Assembly: GCA_965644295.1 (NCBI GenBank)
Contig: CBFFRP010000123.1
Span: forward strand, 248,001-312,000
Reading direction: 5' to 3'
Length of the DNA: 64,000 nt
From: Paraphysomonas bandaiensis
Lineage: Eukaryota; Protista; Chrysophyceae
Position numbers and translations under genes: made by a program. Shown piece after piece: positions 12,584 to 24,410 of this stretch. The notes below the pieces were generated by a model. That model was not told the origin of the DNA. It saw only the letters and a list, made by a program, of their open reading frames with translations, and searched no databases. The first letter of the stretch is position 1; each line of letters begins with the position of its first letter.

Positions 12584-14120
12584 GTATAAATTATATATAG
12601 AGTCCTACAACTTCTACAAACTCTTTAAGTGTCGATATTAGGCAGTCTAATATGCCCTACATCTCATTGGGTGGCTTAATATTTCACTACGTTTGCCATT
12701 AGGGTGTCTGGTATATTTCACTTACCAAGGTCAGTCAGAGCAGTGTAAATTGATTGCTGTAGTTTCTTAGAGACGTGCACAAACATGTGATGGGGGAGTG
12801 CTTAATACCTGTCAGTTGTATTTTTTGTGAGCGGAGCCAAAAAATGCGTCGACTGTGGTCAACTGATTGGCATTTGAAGCAAGCCGTTGTGGTGCCACAT
12901 TTGAGAAATGTGTTATCGATGCGTATGCCGAACGGCAATGCCAGTGATGCCATCAAATTCTCTTGTAATGTTTGCATGTGTTGCAATGATAAATATGGGG
13001 ATGTATCAAAATCTTTATAAGATCAATTAGAAGCAATCCGGCATCGAAAGGACAAAACAAGAGTAATCCAAGTCAAGAACTATCCAGAGAATTGTAGTCA
13101 AAAGCTATAGATTGCGAAAGGTTTAAACTTGAGACAAAGGTGTACATGAATTACTAAACGAGAAAGCAAAGAAAGTAACTTATATTAGTTTGGATATATA
13201 CAGCTTTAGTAAGCCGATCTTACATATGATAATTAAAAGTTTGAATCATCGCTTGGGGGTGTTGAAGAACTGTGCGAGTAGTTTACGGTAGTTTAAATAT
13301 TTATAATTTTGTAGTGTGTATGTATTGTGATATATCAACATATTAAACTACAACCAATTCCATATCAGGGTGCTGAGGGAGGTTGTAAGGCTCTGTGGTG
13401 CCAGTGGCTAGTGGCTATACCTACGCAGTAGGCAGAAATAGGAAATAGGAGAGCTTAATATTCAATTGTTGTAAAGCATATATATAAAGTTTCAAGATTA
13501 CGAAAGCATTATAGACTTAGTATAGATTGTATTTGGATGCTTTGGTTTCCCTCTGAGGATGATCTGGGGGCTCCTGGGGTGGTGCATGTAGGTGCTTCGG
13601 TGCTTCTGACTGGGGTATAATGTATATTGAGTAACTAATAGGATAAGAATTTCCATAGGTGTCAACATATAGAGAAGAACGATATCTGTAACGCTATAGT
13701 AAATTACAAGCTTATTATTACTATTTCTTGGGTTACCTACTATCACAGTATATATACTTATGATGTATATGCTATTACGGTGTCTGTGAAGATGTAGTCG
13801 GTTGTGTGAGGAATACTGTGATGTGAGGAATGCATAATCAGGGTGTGAGCGTGTGTCGATGTGTTTTTACTCTGTACATATTTTCATACTCTCTCTATAG
13901 AAGAGATAAACGTTACACACTCTATGAGTATACAAGTATATACACTCTGTTTATTGAAGTCAACTTTTGACCTTCGCCCGCTCTCCATCTTCATCATACA
14001 TACCAGACCGCCTGCTTGCTTAATAAGATGCTTAATAACGACTAGAATGACCCACTTAATAGTGACAAGAATAAACCTCGTGTTGTCTTTCTTTTATATG
14101 GTTGTTATATTGCTGCCTTA

Positions 14121-14273
14121 TCGTATCGGCAGTAAGCATCTTATTTTTCGGGATTAAATTGAAGCAGCAATTGTCTATATAACTACAGTACAATTACAGC
14201 TAGAATACAGATAATTGTTGTCTCAATATTAGAGGCATCTTTGAACAAAAATATACAAAGGATGCCGATACGA
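14121..14273. mobile_element. MITE (about 150 bp)
   Basis: TIR TCGTATCGGCA...TGCCGATACGA; inverted homolog at 21529-21667. Confidence 0.6.
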
Positions 14274-14629
14274 TGAAGTCTATACTGTCGTCTAATCTCT
14301 TCCACCCACAGAGCGACAGTGCTCCATTATTGGGGTAAACAGCATGCAATTAATTGGGAATAGTGAGTGGTGATGATGAGTGATAACTTCTCTTGGTATG
14401 TATGTAGGTAGGTAGGTAGGTAGGTAGGTACTGCTGCACGATTGTAGGAATTTCTAGGTATGTTCGTGTGTATGTATGTATGTATATACAGTAATATGAT
14501 TGGAATACGTCAGGACAGTAATATCGTCATTTCAACACGTCAGCAGTGTACTTTGGAACTGCAGATCACCACATGTCAGATGCATGTATGTTAAAGTTCA
14601 GATGTCGATACATTTCATAGTTAACACAC

Positions 14630-15042
14630 ATGAGACAGGACTTACATATGCCAGACATTTCAAACAGCTCTGCATCCAATGCTCAATACCCAGATGCAGA
14701 CTTCATAGAGGACGTGTGGCTACGGGCTGAAAACTTGCCTGAAGTATACGACATACGACTGATACACGATCTGTTCAGTTCCTATGGAAATATTTCATGT
14801 ATTCAGCTTGGGTATGTGAAGAAGGATAGTCAGTGTCTTCTTGATGGTACTTGCACTGTACGATTGAATCTACCGTCCAACAAGAAAGATGCGATATTGC
14901 ATGAACTCAATACAAAGCAACACTCCTGCGGAACAGAAACTCTAAAGGTACGTATATGGTTAGTTGTGTGAATTAATTGATTTTGTGTTGACAGGTATCG
15001 TTGATAAATATGGATTGTCCTGAAAGAGGACCTTTGACGTAA
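14630..15042 (+). CDS. Small RRM-like protein, 2 exons
   Basis: LRAENLPEVYDIRLIHDLFSSYGNISCIQL resembles RNP2/helix 1 of an RRM; intron 14948-14994. Confidence 0.45.
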
Positions 15043-16492
15043 CATGAAATGCCCAAGTTTTGTCGAGACTGTTTATGGCTGTATCTCACCAATATTCACT
15101 CAGAATTGATTTTCTTTAGCCTCCATTTTCTCAGATAGTACAATATCATACCTACCACTCTGCGATATTTTTGACGTTGAATTCAGTTTCAGTGGTCTAT
15201 ACCACATAAATACATTGACGTACTGCAACTGATACCTAAAAATTATTTCTTTAATAAGTAAACATGACAGTTTATCTAGTTTGTCTCTGCTCTTCATCGT
15301 TAATAATAGGAAGTGTCGTTTATTGATATTTGACAGGCAGTAGTCAGATGTTGTGAAACTTAGTTTTCGTCAGGCATACAAGCTACTAATTACGAAAAGT
15401 ATTTCATAGACCCAGGAAAATACTTAACTCACAAACATATCAAAAAAGCTTAGCGCCTTCAGTTTTGAACTTTATTTGGCTAATTGTTATGTGTAGCTAT
15501 TGAATCCCATTACAAGGACACTTCAAAGTACTCAGAACATGTATGTATATTATTACAGCTATATAGGGAATTCAGCACAGCAGCGTATATTTTTTTTTTT
15601 ATTACCATTGAACCACTCGTCATTTTTCAACATTTGTTATCAGCATGTTTCGATCGTACATTATTGCAGTAACTATGGGAGATATATACATTATGTATGC
15701 GTGTCAACTTGTTAAGTATAGACAAAAGCTGTTATGCTATCTATAGTCTAAAGTACATCCTGTTACCCCTACGTTACGAAGAAATTCTACCTAGATGATT
15801 CCTATCATGACCATGAATGAGAAGTAAGATGTACAGTGAAATAATAATCTCCAGACAATTTATATGTTTATAACTCCGTAGTCAATTTGCTCTGTTTTAT
15901 AATATGTTTGGATGCCCTAACAGGAACATCTTCTACGAACATCAGTTAGTTCACAAACAGTCAGTTCCATTGTTAAATGCAAAACTTGTTGTGTATACTA
16001 TTCTGAACACGTGCCCCATACTATATTGAGTAGAGTATATTTATATATGCATTGCAAGATATCAATAGATACAGAAGTAACTGCGTGGTCCACCACTGCA
16101 TCTTGCTTCATAGTGTGGCAATGCAACCACTGTGCACTGTTTGTTGGGATAAACGGGCCGTCTATCAGAAGAGTAGGAATTCCTACTGTATACACCGGTA
16201 TACGAAGAATACACTCATATTTCCGCTGCAAATTGAACGCATATACCCATATATGTACACAATATACATGTACATACACATTACTGTCTGCTCTGTACAC
16301 AGATGTACATATACATACATACATACATACATATATATAACCATAGCATGGAATCACTCCATATGACTGTAAGATCTACACACTGAAATCAATCCCTCTA
16401 AATCACCACATGAATCAACAGTTATCTCCACAGGATCTGTGTGTATACTAGCATCTCATACATACACATACATACATATCCATAACTAAGCT

Positions 16493-17086
16493 ATGATCAA
16501 ACTCTTATCTGATACATGGGAGAAACTATATGAAACATTCATTGATTCTACTTTTAAAGACTGTGATATATCAGATGAGAAGATGGAAGAGTATCGTATG
16601 ACCTCATCATTTGAGCCCAGAGATATTGCCCGATTAAGGAAAGCGTTTCTAGTGGCTACTAATGGAAATGAAGAGATGGATAAGGAATGTTTCTTGAATA
16701 TTCCGTGTATTGCGGTCAACCCATTAAAGGAGCGAGTAGCATGTGTGTTTGGGTTTGATCAACGACCTACGATAGACTTTATTGATTTTTTGGCTAGCAC
16801 GGCACTATTTAATTGTCCAGGAAGGAAAGATCTCAAACTTAAAACTGCTTACAAGCTGCAAGATATGGACAACGATGGCACTGTGTCCCGCAGTGATTTA
16901 AGAGATTATATTAAAGTGGTCACCAATGGAAATTTAGTAGATGTGGAAGTCAACGAAATAGTATCCAAAGTGATATCAGAATGTTCGTCGGATCCCAATT
17001 TGCAAGTCGTTAGTTTTCATGATTTTCAGCGAGTTGTGGCGAAATCAGACTTTGAAACTAAGTTGCATCTAAAATTTTATGTATAG
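16493..17086 (+). CDS. Calcineurin B-like / CHP-like EF-hand protein, intronless
   Basis: 197 aa; FLNIPCIAVNPLKERV, IDFIDFL, KLKTAYKLQDMDNDGTVSRSDL, VSFHDF. Confidence 0.85.
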   Translation: MIKLLSDTWEKLYETFIDSTFKDCDISDEKMEEYRMTSSFEPRDIARLRKAFLVATNGNEEMDKECFLNIPCIAVNPLKERVACVFGFDQRPTIDFIDFLASTALFNCPGRKDLKLKTAYKLQDMDNDGTVSRSDLRDYIKVVTNGNLVDVEVNEIVSKVISECSSDPNLQVVSFHDFQRVVAKSDFETKLHLKFYV

Positions 17087-17429
17087 TGGAATGCATTCTG
17101 ACAATGGGTTATATATGCTATAAGTTATATTACATGAATTAGATAGTTGGTTAAGAAAGATATTGAATCTTGGGGTTAAGTCGTGATTAATGAACACTGC
17201 AATGGAAAATGGGTAGATACTAACCTAATCTATACTTGTATATAAGAAAGGAGTTTTTGTATGTACTGTTACAATCAATAGTCTGATGTACAGAAAGCAG
17301 TGCATCTACTTAGTACTTAGAATCTTAGAATGCTACATCAATTTTAGACTTATTTGGATGGTTTAAAGGGTAACTAACTGAAACGTGATATACATTCAAT
17401 CTATTATAAATTATTTATTGTCACTAGTC

Positions 17430-17540
17430 AAATTCGTTGTATCTCAACTACCAATCATATTCGCGTTATCACACGATCTGAGATAGACACGATCTTACAC
17501 AGTCAATATTTTTCAGTTTAACTACTACTACACCTATCAC
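17430..17540. repeat. Dispersed repeat (homolog at about 47155-47260)
   Basis: Shared CAACTACCAATCA...GATAG.CAC.ATCTTA...GTCAATAT.TTTCAGTTT.ACTACTA. Confidence 0.55.
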
Positions 17541-17989
17541 AACAATGGTTCATGTAAATATTACATGTTACTACTAAGCAAGTGTGATAGTGTTACTAAG
17601 TGTCGAATGTTAGTTAATGTAAAAAATAGAACAAACTAAGAAACTACTAAGGAACAGATAGTAAAACATATTGCTAAGTAGAAACAAACGACGGAAATGA
17701 AGTGGTTTCAGTGAGCTGGTCATGATTCCGTTATTCTCAAGTTCGGCTATTTGTGCTGCCACATGCTGCTGCTCGTTTAAAATATCCATTCTGTTGAGGC
17801 TAGTATTAGTAACAATTTGAATCATTTCATCCAGTGTATCTGGACAAGTGGCGACACCGCCACATTCCACCACACCATCAATTTTCTCAGTGCACACATC
17901 TAGTGCTCGGTACGCTCAGGACCTTAATACAGAGCCCTGTACCTCAGAGCCAGGCGGAAACTTATCCCAAGGGGAGACCCCCGGACAAC

Positions 17990-18122
17990 ACGCGCCAGTG
18001 AGTCATAGAATTTGTGCTGATTAGTTATGGGTAGAAGTCTAACTAGTAGATCTAGCATTCAACTAGCCACTGTATCGGAATGAGTTTTTAACGCCTATTG
18101 CTAAATAAAAAGACTTTCAATA
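17990..18122. repeat. Dispersed repeat X, 3' segment (near-identical to 33298-33414)
   Basis: GAATTTGTGCTGATTAGTTATGGGTAGA...TTTTAACGCCTATTGCTAAATAAAAAGACTTTCAATAT in both copies. Confidence 0.75.
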
Positions 18123-18879
18123 TCTGGACAAGTAAGAGAATGCAATGTCTGATATAAGGGATCAGGACAGCCGGTCTTCCATGATCGAATACTCTGCAGG
18201 ATCGTCAGGCAAGGGAGTAACAATCTTCCTCCAGCTCCAGAGATCCAGGATCGTCAGGCAAGGGATTTTTACTTGCGCTCTAGAGTATATTCTGGATACG
18301 ATGTATAGGAGTTATATGACCTATAATGGGGATACCTTTCGTGCTAACGAGAACAAAAGCGTCGTTTTTTCATTGTTTTGTCCAAAAAAGCATACCGCAG
18401 AAGCCAATCAGAAATGGAGCTTGCCAATTTAAAAGAGTTACTCCAACACACACTGTGAGGACTGACTAAAGTGTGACGTCGAACAGAACATTGAAGTAAT
18501 ATTGGCAGGCACTGGTATATTGAATGAAGTTTTGGTAGCAAACCACTGGTCATTATTAAACTGTAGCTATAATACTTTTACTATTATAATGACAAAATGA
18601 TATACAGTATATGCGAATAACCCGTTTCAAGGAACAAACACTGATAAAAATATCGTAATTATTTAATTCGGAGGCACAAAATATGCTTCTTCATGGTAAC
18701 TGAAACAAGGTCGGAGGATAGAAAGTAAATTAATAAGTAAAAACACAATATCGCTGCCTAGTAATTGTCAAATGGGTAGAATTATAAAATGACAAACCAG
18801 TTTAAACTTGTCTCATCATAGAGAGGGACATCTTCATGTTATAGATAGATTTAAACTTATTCTTGTGGGAAAGGATACA

Positions 18880-21069
18880 CTATGCAGTCATAGGTTCAGG
18901 TTGGGAATTCTCTTCCTGATCGTAGGAGTCATCTTGCTCTAACACCATGCTGCTTTGCTCCCTGATACATGGGACTCCGGACGCTGAAGATGACTCATCA
19001 CTCTCTACATGACTGGAGCTGGTCGTAGTAAAACATTCAGAGAGGCGGTCGTCATATCCATCATTGTCACGGTTAGAAGACCGCAGATCCATCAGATGCT
19101 GGGACAAATTTCCGAAGAGGATCATTGCCTCTGCTTTATCACAGCACTGTAGATCCACAGTTCTATATATATAGGGTTATATAAAATAATTATTACACAC
19201 TCAAACTACGTCACTCATTCGATAAAATTGGTCAGTCTCCCATACGTCAATAACATATTATTGGATAGGACATATATGATAAATACACACCTTTTCGGCA
19301 GTACGAGAGAGAGACAAAGAGGTAGATCCGATGGCTTAGCTTTCCGCCTCAACACAGCTGTCCCGAGTTTCGGAATATGATCGGGATCTAATTCCGTGCC
19401 CTTACGAATCTATATTGCAACAAACGTTATACAGTTTCATAATCGAAGTACTATAGAGAGTTGTCATACCTCCTTCACAGCACCGAGAGGGACAGTACGC
19501 GACTTGTCCTTGACGAGAGCTCCTAAATCAGCCATTGGCTTCTTGCTCCAGTATAAAGTGGTAACACTGGGGTCACAGTAAAGCCAACGTACTTGGGGTT
19601 TGCCGGAGCGAGCTATGAGTAAATGAATAATGAGCAAACATTCAACTGACTGTATCACAGCTATGACATGTCAAAATATATACCACTTCATACAGCATAG
19701 TATATATTACCGTGTTTCAGGATGGGTAGGCCACTAATAAGCATCTGCCGTAGCAAAACAACGGGGTCTGTCTGGTTAATAGATTCTGATCCCGGAATAG
19801 ATTCCATCAGACGAGGAACTTCTACACTAAACACTCCTTCAAGAATTTCCATGAGACTCTTTTTTAGTTTTGGAAGCTTGTTTAGTTCAACTTCTTTCAG
19901 ATGCTCTCGAAATGAAGTCATCTCCGGAAAATCTGCTCTGGCAACATTCTCTCTGTGAATAGTGCAGTCATTTATAGTCAGCATGACATGTGCATTTCCC
20001 AGTACCTAATCTGCAACGTTTCATATATAGTTTCCAGGTCATCTGCCATTTCATTCTGCTTCTTAGCTTTACCCATGATCATTGGCATCTCGCCTTTCAT
20101 ATAATCTAATAGAAGTGCATGGACTTTAACCTTCCGTGCTCGTTTCACGAACCGATTAATTTTACGAATTGCTGCGCCGCGTGGAATGTCCAAAAAGTCT
20201 TTCATCAACGATTCCTTCTCAAGATCAAATAAAGATGCATTGTAATCGTTTTGCAACGGTCCTGATCGAAAGTTCCCAACGTACACCTTAACCACCTCAC
20301 TGACTTGCATTACTTGACCCAGTGACCACAGCAATGCTCCGTAGACCTTCATCAGCCTTTGGCTATCCACTTGATCAGCTTTATTGAGTATAACTCGGAC
20401 TTTACTTTCATGTCCACTGAGTTTTTTTATCACTGAACTAAATTCATCCGATATATCAAGCTTGTCAGTATCAAACATTAGCATAATCATGTCACACCGC
20501 TCGATAAACCACCCTGCAACACCTGCAAAGTCGTAGTGACGATCTATTTTTTGTTTCTTCCCTGAAAGCACACCCGGAGTATCGATGAGAGTAACTTTTG
20601 AGAGCAATTCGGATCGAAATTGAGCTCCTTCAAAGCGCTCGAGGAATGCACTTCCGAATTGTTCCAGGCCACGATAAGGAAGGTTCGACTTTACGGTTAA
20701 CGATTGTCCAGGAATGATTCTATCGTCCGGACCATCCAGAAGGACTGTGAATTTATCTGTTGTGGGCTCTGGCCCAATAGACTGTCCAGGAAATGAGCGT
20801 CCAACAAGATGTTCGATGAACTGCATCACATAAAGCGCATTAACGTTACCTCATAGTGTCTTGTACGTACATACCGTTGTCTTCCCAGTGGAATATTGAC
20901 CAAGAAACATAACATGTGGCTTACTGGTAATCTCATCCAATGTCCACTCAGGTTCATGAAAGTAATGGTATCGAGATACCTCCTCAACTGGCAGCAGATG
21001 ACTGTGGTATATTCTGTTAATCTCAGTGCCCACACGAGCAGTTGCTTCTTCTTCATCTAAGGTTGGCAT
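18880..21069 (-). CDS. EHD-family dynamin-like ATPase with C-terminal PH-like domain, multi-exon
   Basis: P-loop GQYSTGKTT, IGPEPTTDKF, IDTPGVLSG, NKAD, YGALLWSLG. Downstream exons read LPILKH-ARSGKPQVRWLYCD...LYWSK...VKE-IRKG...LCLSLV...RTVDLQC (PH-like). No EH domain seen. Confidence 0.85.
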
Positions 21070-21528
21070 AGTGATTCAATGGAGATGACTAAGACTTTGA
21101 TACTTTGTTTTCAATTCAATTGATATAGAAATCAAATTATTCCCTTATGGAAGTATATCCCTTTAAAATAATGACACACTCATCTATTCATCTACATCTC
21201 AATGCACGTATCCATACATACATATCGTACCATATATATACGTATCGTACCATATCATACTTCATTTATCGTCACTTTGTCCTGACGATGAACTTCAACT
21301 TCCCTCTACGTATGTTGATTATAGAATATTACGTATATAACATATAAGAATTCGTGTTTTCTACCAAAATATTGAGATTTATGTAGTTTTCAATAAAAAT
21401 CGAATATTTACATATAAAAATTCCAATTTTATATCGCTTCTCTGTTGTGGGGCTAGGGGCACTTCTCTGTTTATGTACGCACGTTTGTACACAACGCTGT
21501 CCATATCAAGCAAGATATCAGTGAAGCA

Positions 21529-21667
21529 GTATCGGCATCCTTTGTATATTTTTGTTCCTAGATGCCTCTAATATTGAGACAACAATTCTCTGTATTCCAG
21601 CCGTACATTGTATTGAAGCAATATAGACAATTTATACTTCAATATATTTCCGAAAAATGAGACGCTG
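21529..21667. mobile_element. Second, inverted copy of the 14121 MITE
   Basis: GTATCGGCATCCTTTGTATATTTTTGTTC...GATGCCTCTAATATTGAGACAACAATT is the reverse complement of 14214-14271. Confidence 0.6.
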
Positions 21668-22397
21668 TACGGCAGTGGACATGGCTACTATACTGATGAT
21701 GTTTGAGAAGAATAGAAGCTAATGATGCACGAATGGTATGATTGAGTGTGTAGTTTAGAGGGATCTAATTCGGAATACAATAAACACCATTGTCTTCATC
21801 AGATATCATACATATACAACCATGTACGTACATGGGAATGGTTTATGGTCTATGTATACTAAAGTTTTGAGGCCTATAAAACAGCATGTAGTGATATAGG
21901 ATGAGACAGAGTTTTGAGGGGTGAATTAATTGATCATTTCGTAATGTACATTACTTTCTCACTCACCTGCGTGTTCGGCGTGTTTTAGCTTGCAACAAAA
22001 TCAATACAATTCTAATTACCCTGTTGTAGGAAGAGCTTCAGCTTTACGATGGCAACTGAAGTAGGTCGTACTTAGTAGTGTGGTTGTACCGTAGTGAGGG
22101 TATAAGACGTACAATGCTTTGCTAGTACAAGTGCGTATCATTGGGATCCTACTAAAATTAGGTTGTTTATAGGGTACTTTTTATTCCAGTTTATAGGGTA
22201 TTACGGGAAATATATATATAATTATGTATCGTAGATGTTGCATATTGCTACATCTCATAACCAGCAGTGAAGTAACCAGCTGTACAAGCCAAAGTGAGAC
22301 CAATAGAAGCCCCCAAATATGCCTAATGCATTGGAATCAGCAACACTACCTTCACTTGTGTCTATTCTACAGAAACATGCACAATTCACCACTTCCT

Positions 22398-24032
22398 TCA
22401 TTTCCTGTACCGAAACGAATCCCCTCCCTTCTCTTCCTCATCTTCTTCGAAGTCGCTGTCGTACTGGTCACTGTCATCCGCATGTTTCTCGTCATACGTG
22501 GACTGCTTTCTGTATTTCTTCTTTCCAGGTCGGTCGCTTTCCAAGTCCCTCAGCCACGTTGCTACCCCCTGTAACACATGATAGAGAGCGCATCACATAT
22601 GGTATTCTCGTGATAATAGAACACACTCTCATACCTCACGAGCTGAATCAATGTCAAGGAAATTTTCAGTGAACCAGGCGGCCTCCAAGTACACTCTGAT
22701 AGCATTTCATAATCAAACACTATCAGATTGGATTGAAGTGCGTAATATACTCATCTAAGTGCACACTGCACTGTGTACAACTCACTCTGCTTTTCGCTTC
22801 TGCTTGGGATCAGCCGATAAGGCAGCAGACAGAAACGAAGCCATATTCCTAGAGCAGCTCCGGGGAATGACTTCATCAAAACCGCTGTATGCAAGGTCTT
22901 CTAGTCGCTGCAGAAGGTCGATGGGGGAGATAGAAGTGTCCTCAAAAGGGTACTTTTTGTCCCACACCTCAATGAGAGTAACAGCTACACTCCAGACGTC
23001 AGATGAAGTGTTATACTCGTCTCCAAGCAGTCTAAAACATTAGTATTATACCCATAAGGTTGATACCCACAAAAATCAGTCCATTACCTCTCAATGGACA
23101 TATAACGAAAAGTACCGATGCTGGTGGAGGAAAAGGCTTGGGAGTTGTCCAGAGCGCGCGCAATGCCAAAATCAGACAGCTTAACTTGTCCATATGAATT
23201 CACCAGTACGTTACCAGGCTTGATATCTCTGTTTCAAGCAATCGAAATTGGTGACATAAGCTCAATAAAAGCGAATGAGTAGCAGCAATGACACACACCT
23301 GTGCAACATATTGTCATGATGAAGATAGGCCAGTCCCCACATTATCTACGACACTTGTAAATAATCAGAACTCCCTATATTCTAGTTATACTACCTGGAA
23401 TGAGATACAAGCCATTGCATAATCTGATACTTCCATGTGTGGGTCAAGCATAAACTCGAGAGATCCTCGATCCATGTATTCTAGGATTACCCCAACTTTA
23501 CCACTGTCCTGGTACGCACCGTAAAAGGCAATCAGGGAGTCACACATTACCCCTGAAAGGGTGGATATCTCTTTTCGCAGTTGACTTCTACGCTCCTTGT
23601 CATAAACACTAAATAACTTAATCGCGTAGTGTTGCCCTAGTGGAAACCTTGACTACGAAATCACGACCAACATTTACAATGTACCTGTGCCTTTGTGTCG
23701 ACTTTTATAAACACTCGAACATGCACCTTGGCCAATTCTCTTTCCAAGTATTAAATCATCCTACATAAACCCAGTAATTAATTCCACATACATAGATATA
23801 TAACAGTAGGCTACTGCTATCCACCTGGTTGATCTCCATCGGGAGATGCTCTCCTTGTATCCTGAGGCCCTGCATACTGACACTCAACTCACCATCACGA
23901 AAGGTACCAGTTCCCGTCCCACCAAAATCAATTGAATCTTCAAATCTAAGCCAGATGACTGAGTAATAATAAATCAGTTGTGAGGGTTACTTACTTATCA
24001 TCCACCTGCAAAGCAAGTCCACTGAGCTGCAT
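22398..24032 (-). CDS. Mitogen-activated protein kinase kinase (MAP2K/STE7 family), multi-exon
   Basis: Spliced translation: [41 protein letters not shown], activation loop [13 protein letters not shown] (S-x5-T), SDVWS; acidic C-terminal tail. Confidence 0.85.
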
Positions 24033-24410
24033 TAGGATTCAATGTGAGAAGAATTGGAATATTATACAATTGAAAGTGTTATTATGAGTGAGCTGCTATT
24101 AAATTATATAAGCAGCAGCTATGGATTTAGTGGTGTGACATATATATATATATACATGTATGCGGTATGTATGTATGGAAGTAGTTGTAAAAGCCGTTCA
24201 CGGCGTACCTCTCATGTTGTCATGTAGTACGGCTGTGGTACCGTAGCATGTGTATTTCGTACTGTGGCAGTATCCTCGCAGTACAGCAGTACACTGTACA
24301 GCAATGTAAAGGTGTGATGTACAGTACCAGTGTACTTGTACTGTACAATAGTACATGCACTCCTCTATCGTGTCCATCAACCTCTTCAAGCCCATCACTA
24401 TAACCTCCCT

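Noticed and set aside
12735-13200. Cys-rich short ORFs
   Set aside because: Fragmented in all frames with no recognisable family; probably decayed TE.
15998-16366. Overlapping 104-119-aa ORFs
   Set aside because: Arise from TACA/CATA microsatellite-rich DNA; same applies to 37306-37497, 41344-41637 and 45319-45543.
17610-18432. Two 95-aa ORFs and a 20-bp direct duplication (CAGGATCGTCAGGCAAGGGA)
   Set aside because: Adjacent to repeat X, no domain evidence; likely TE debris.
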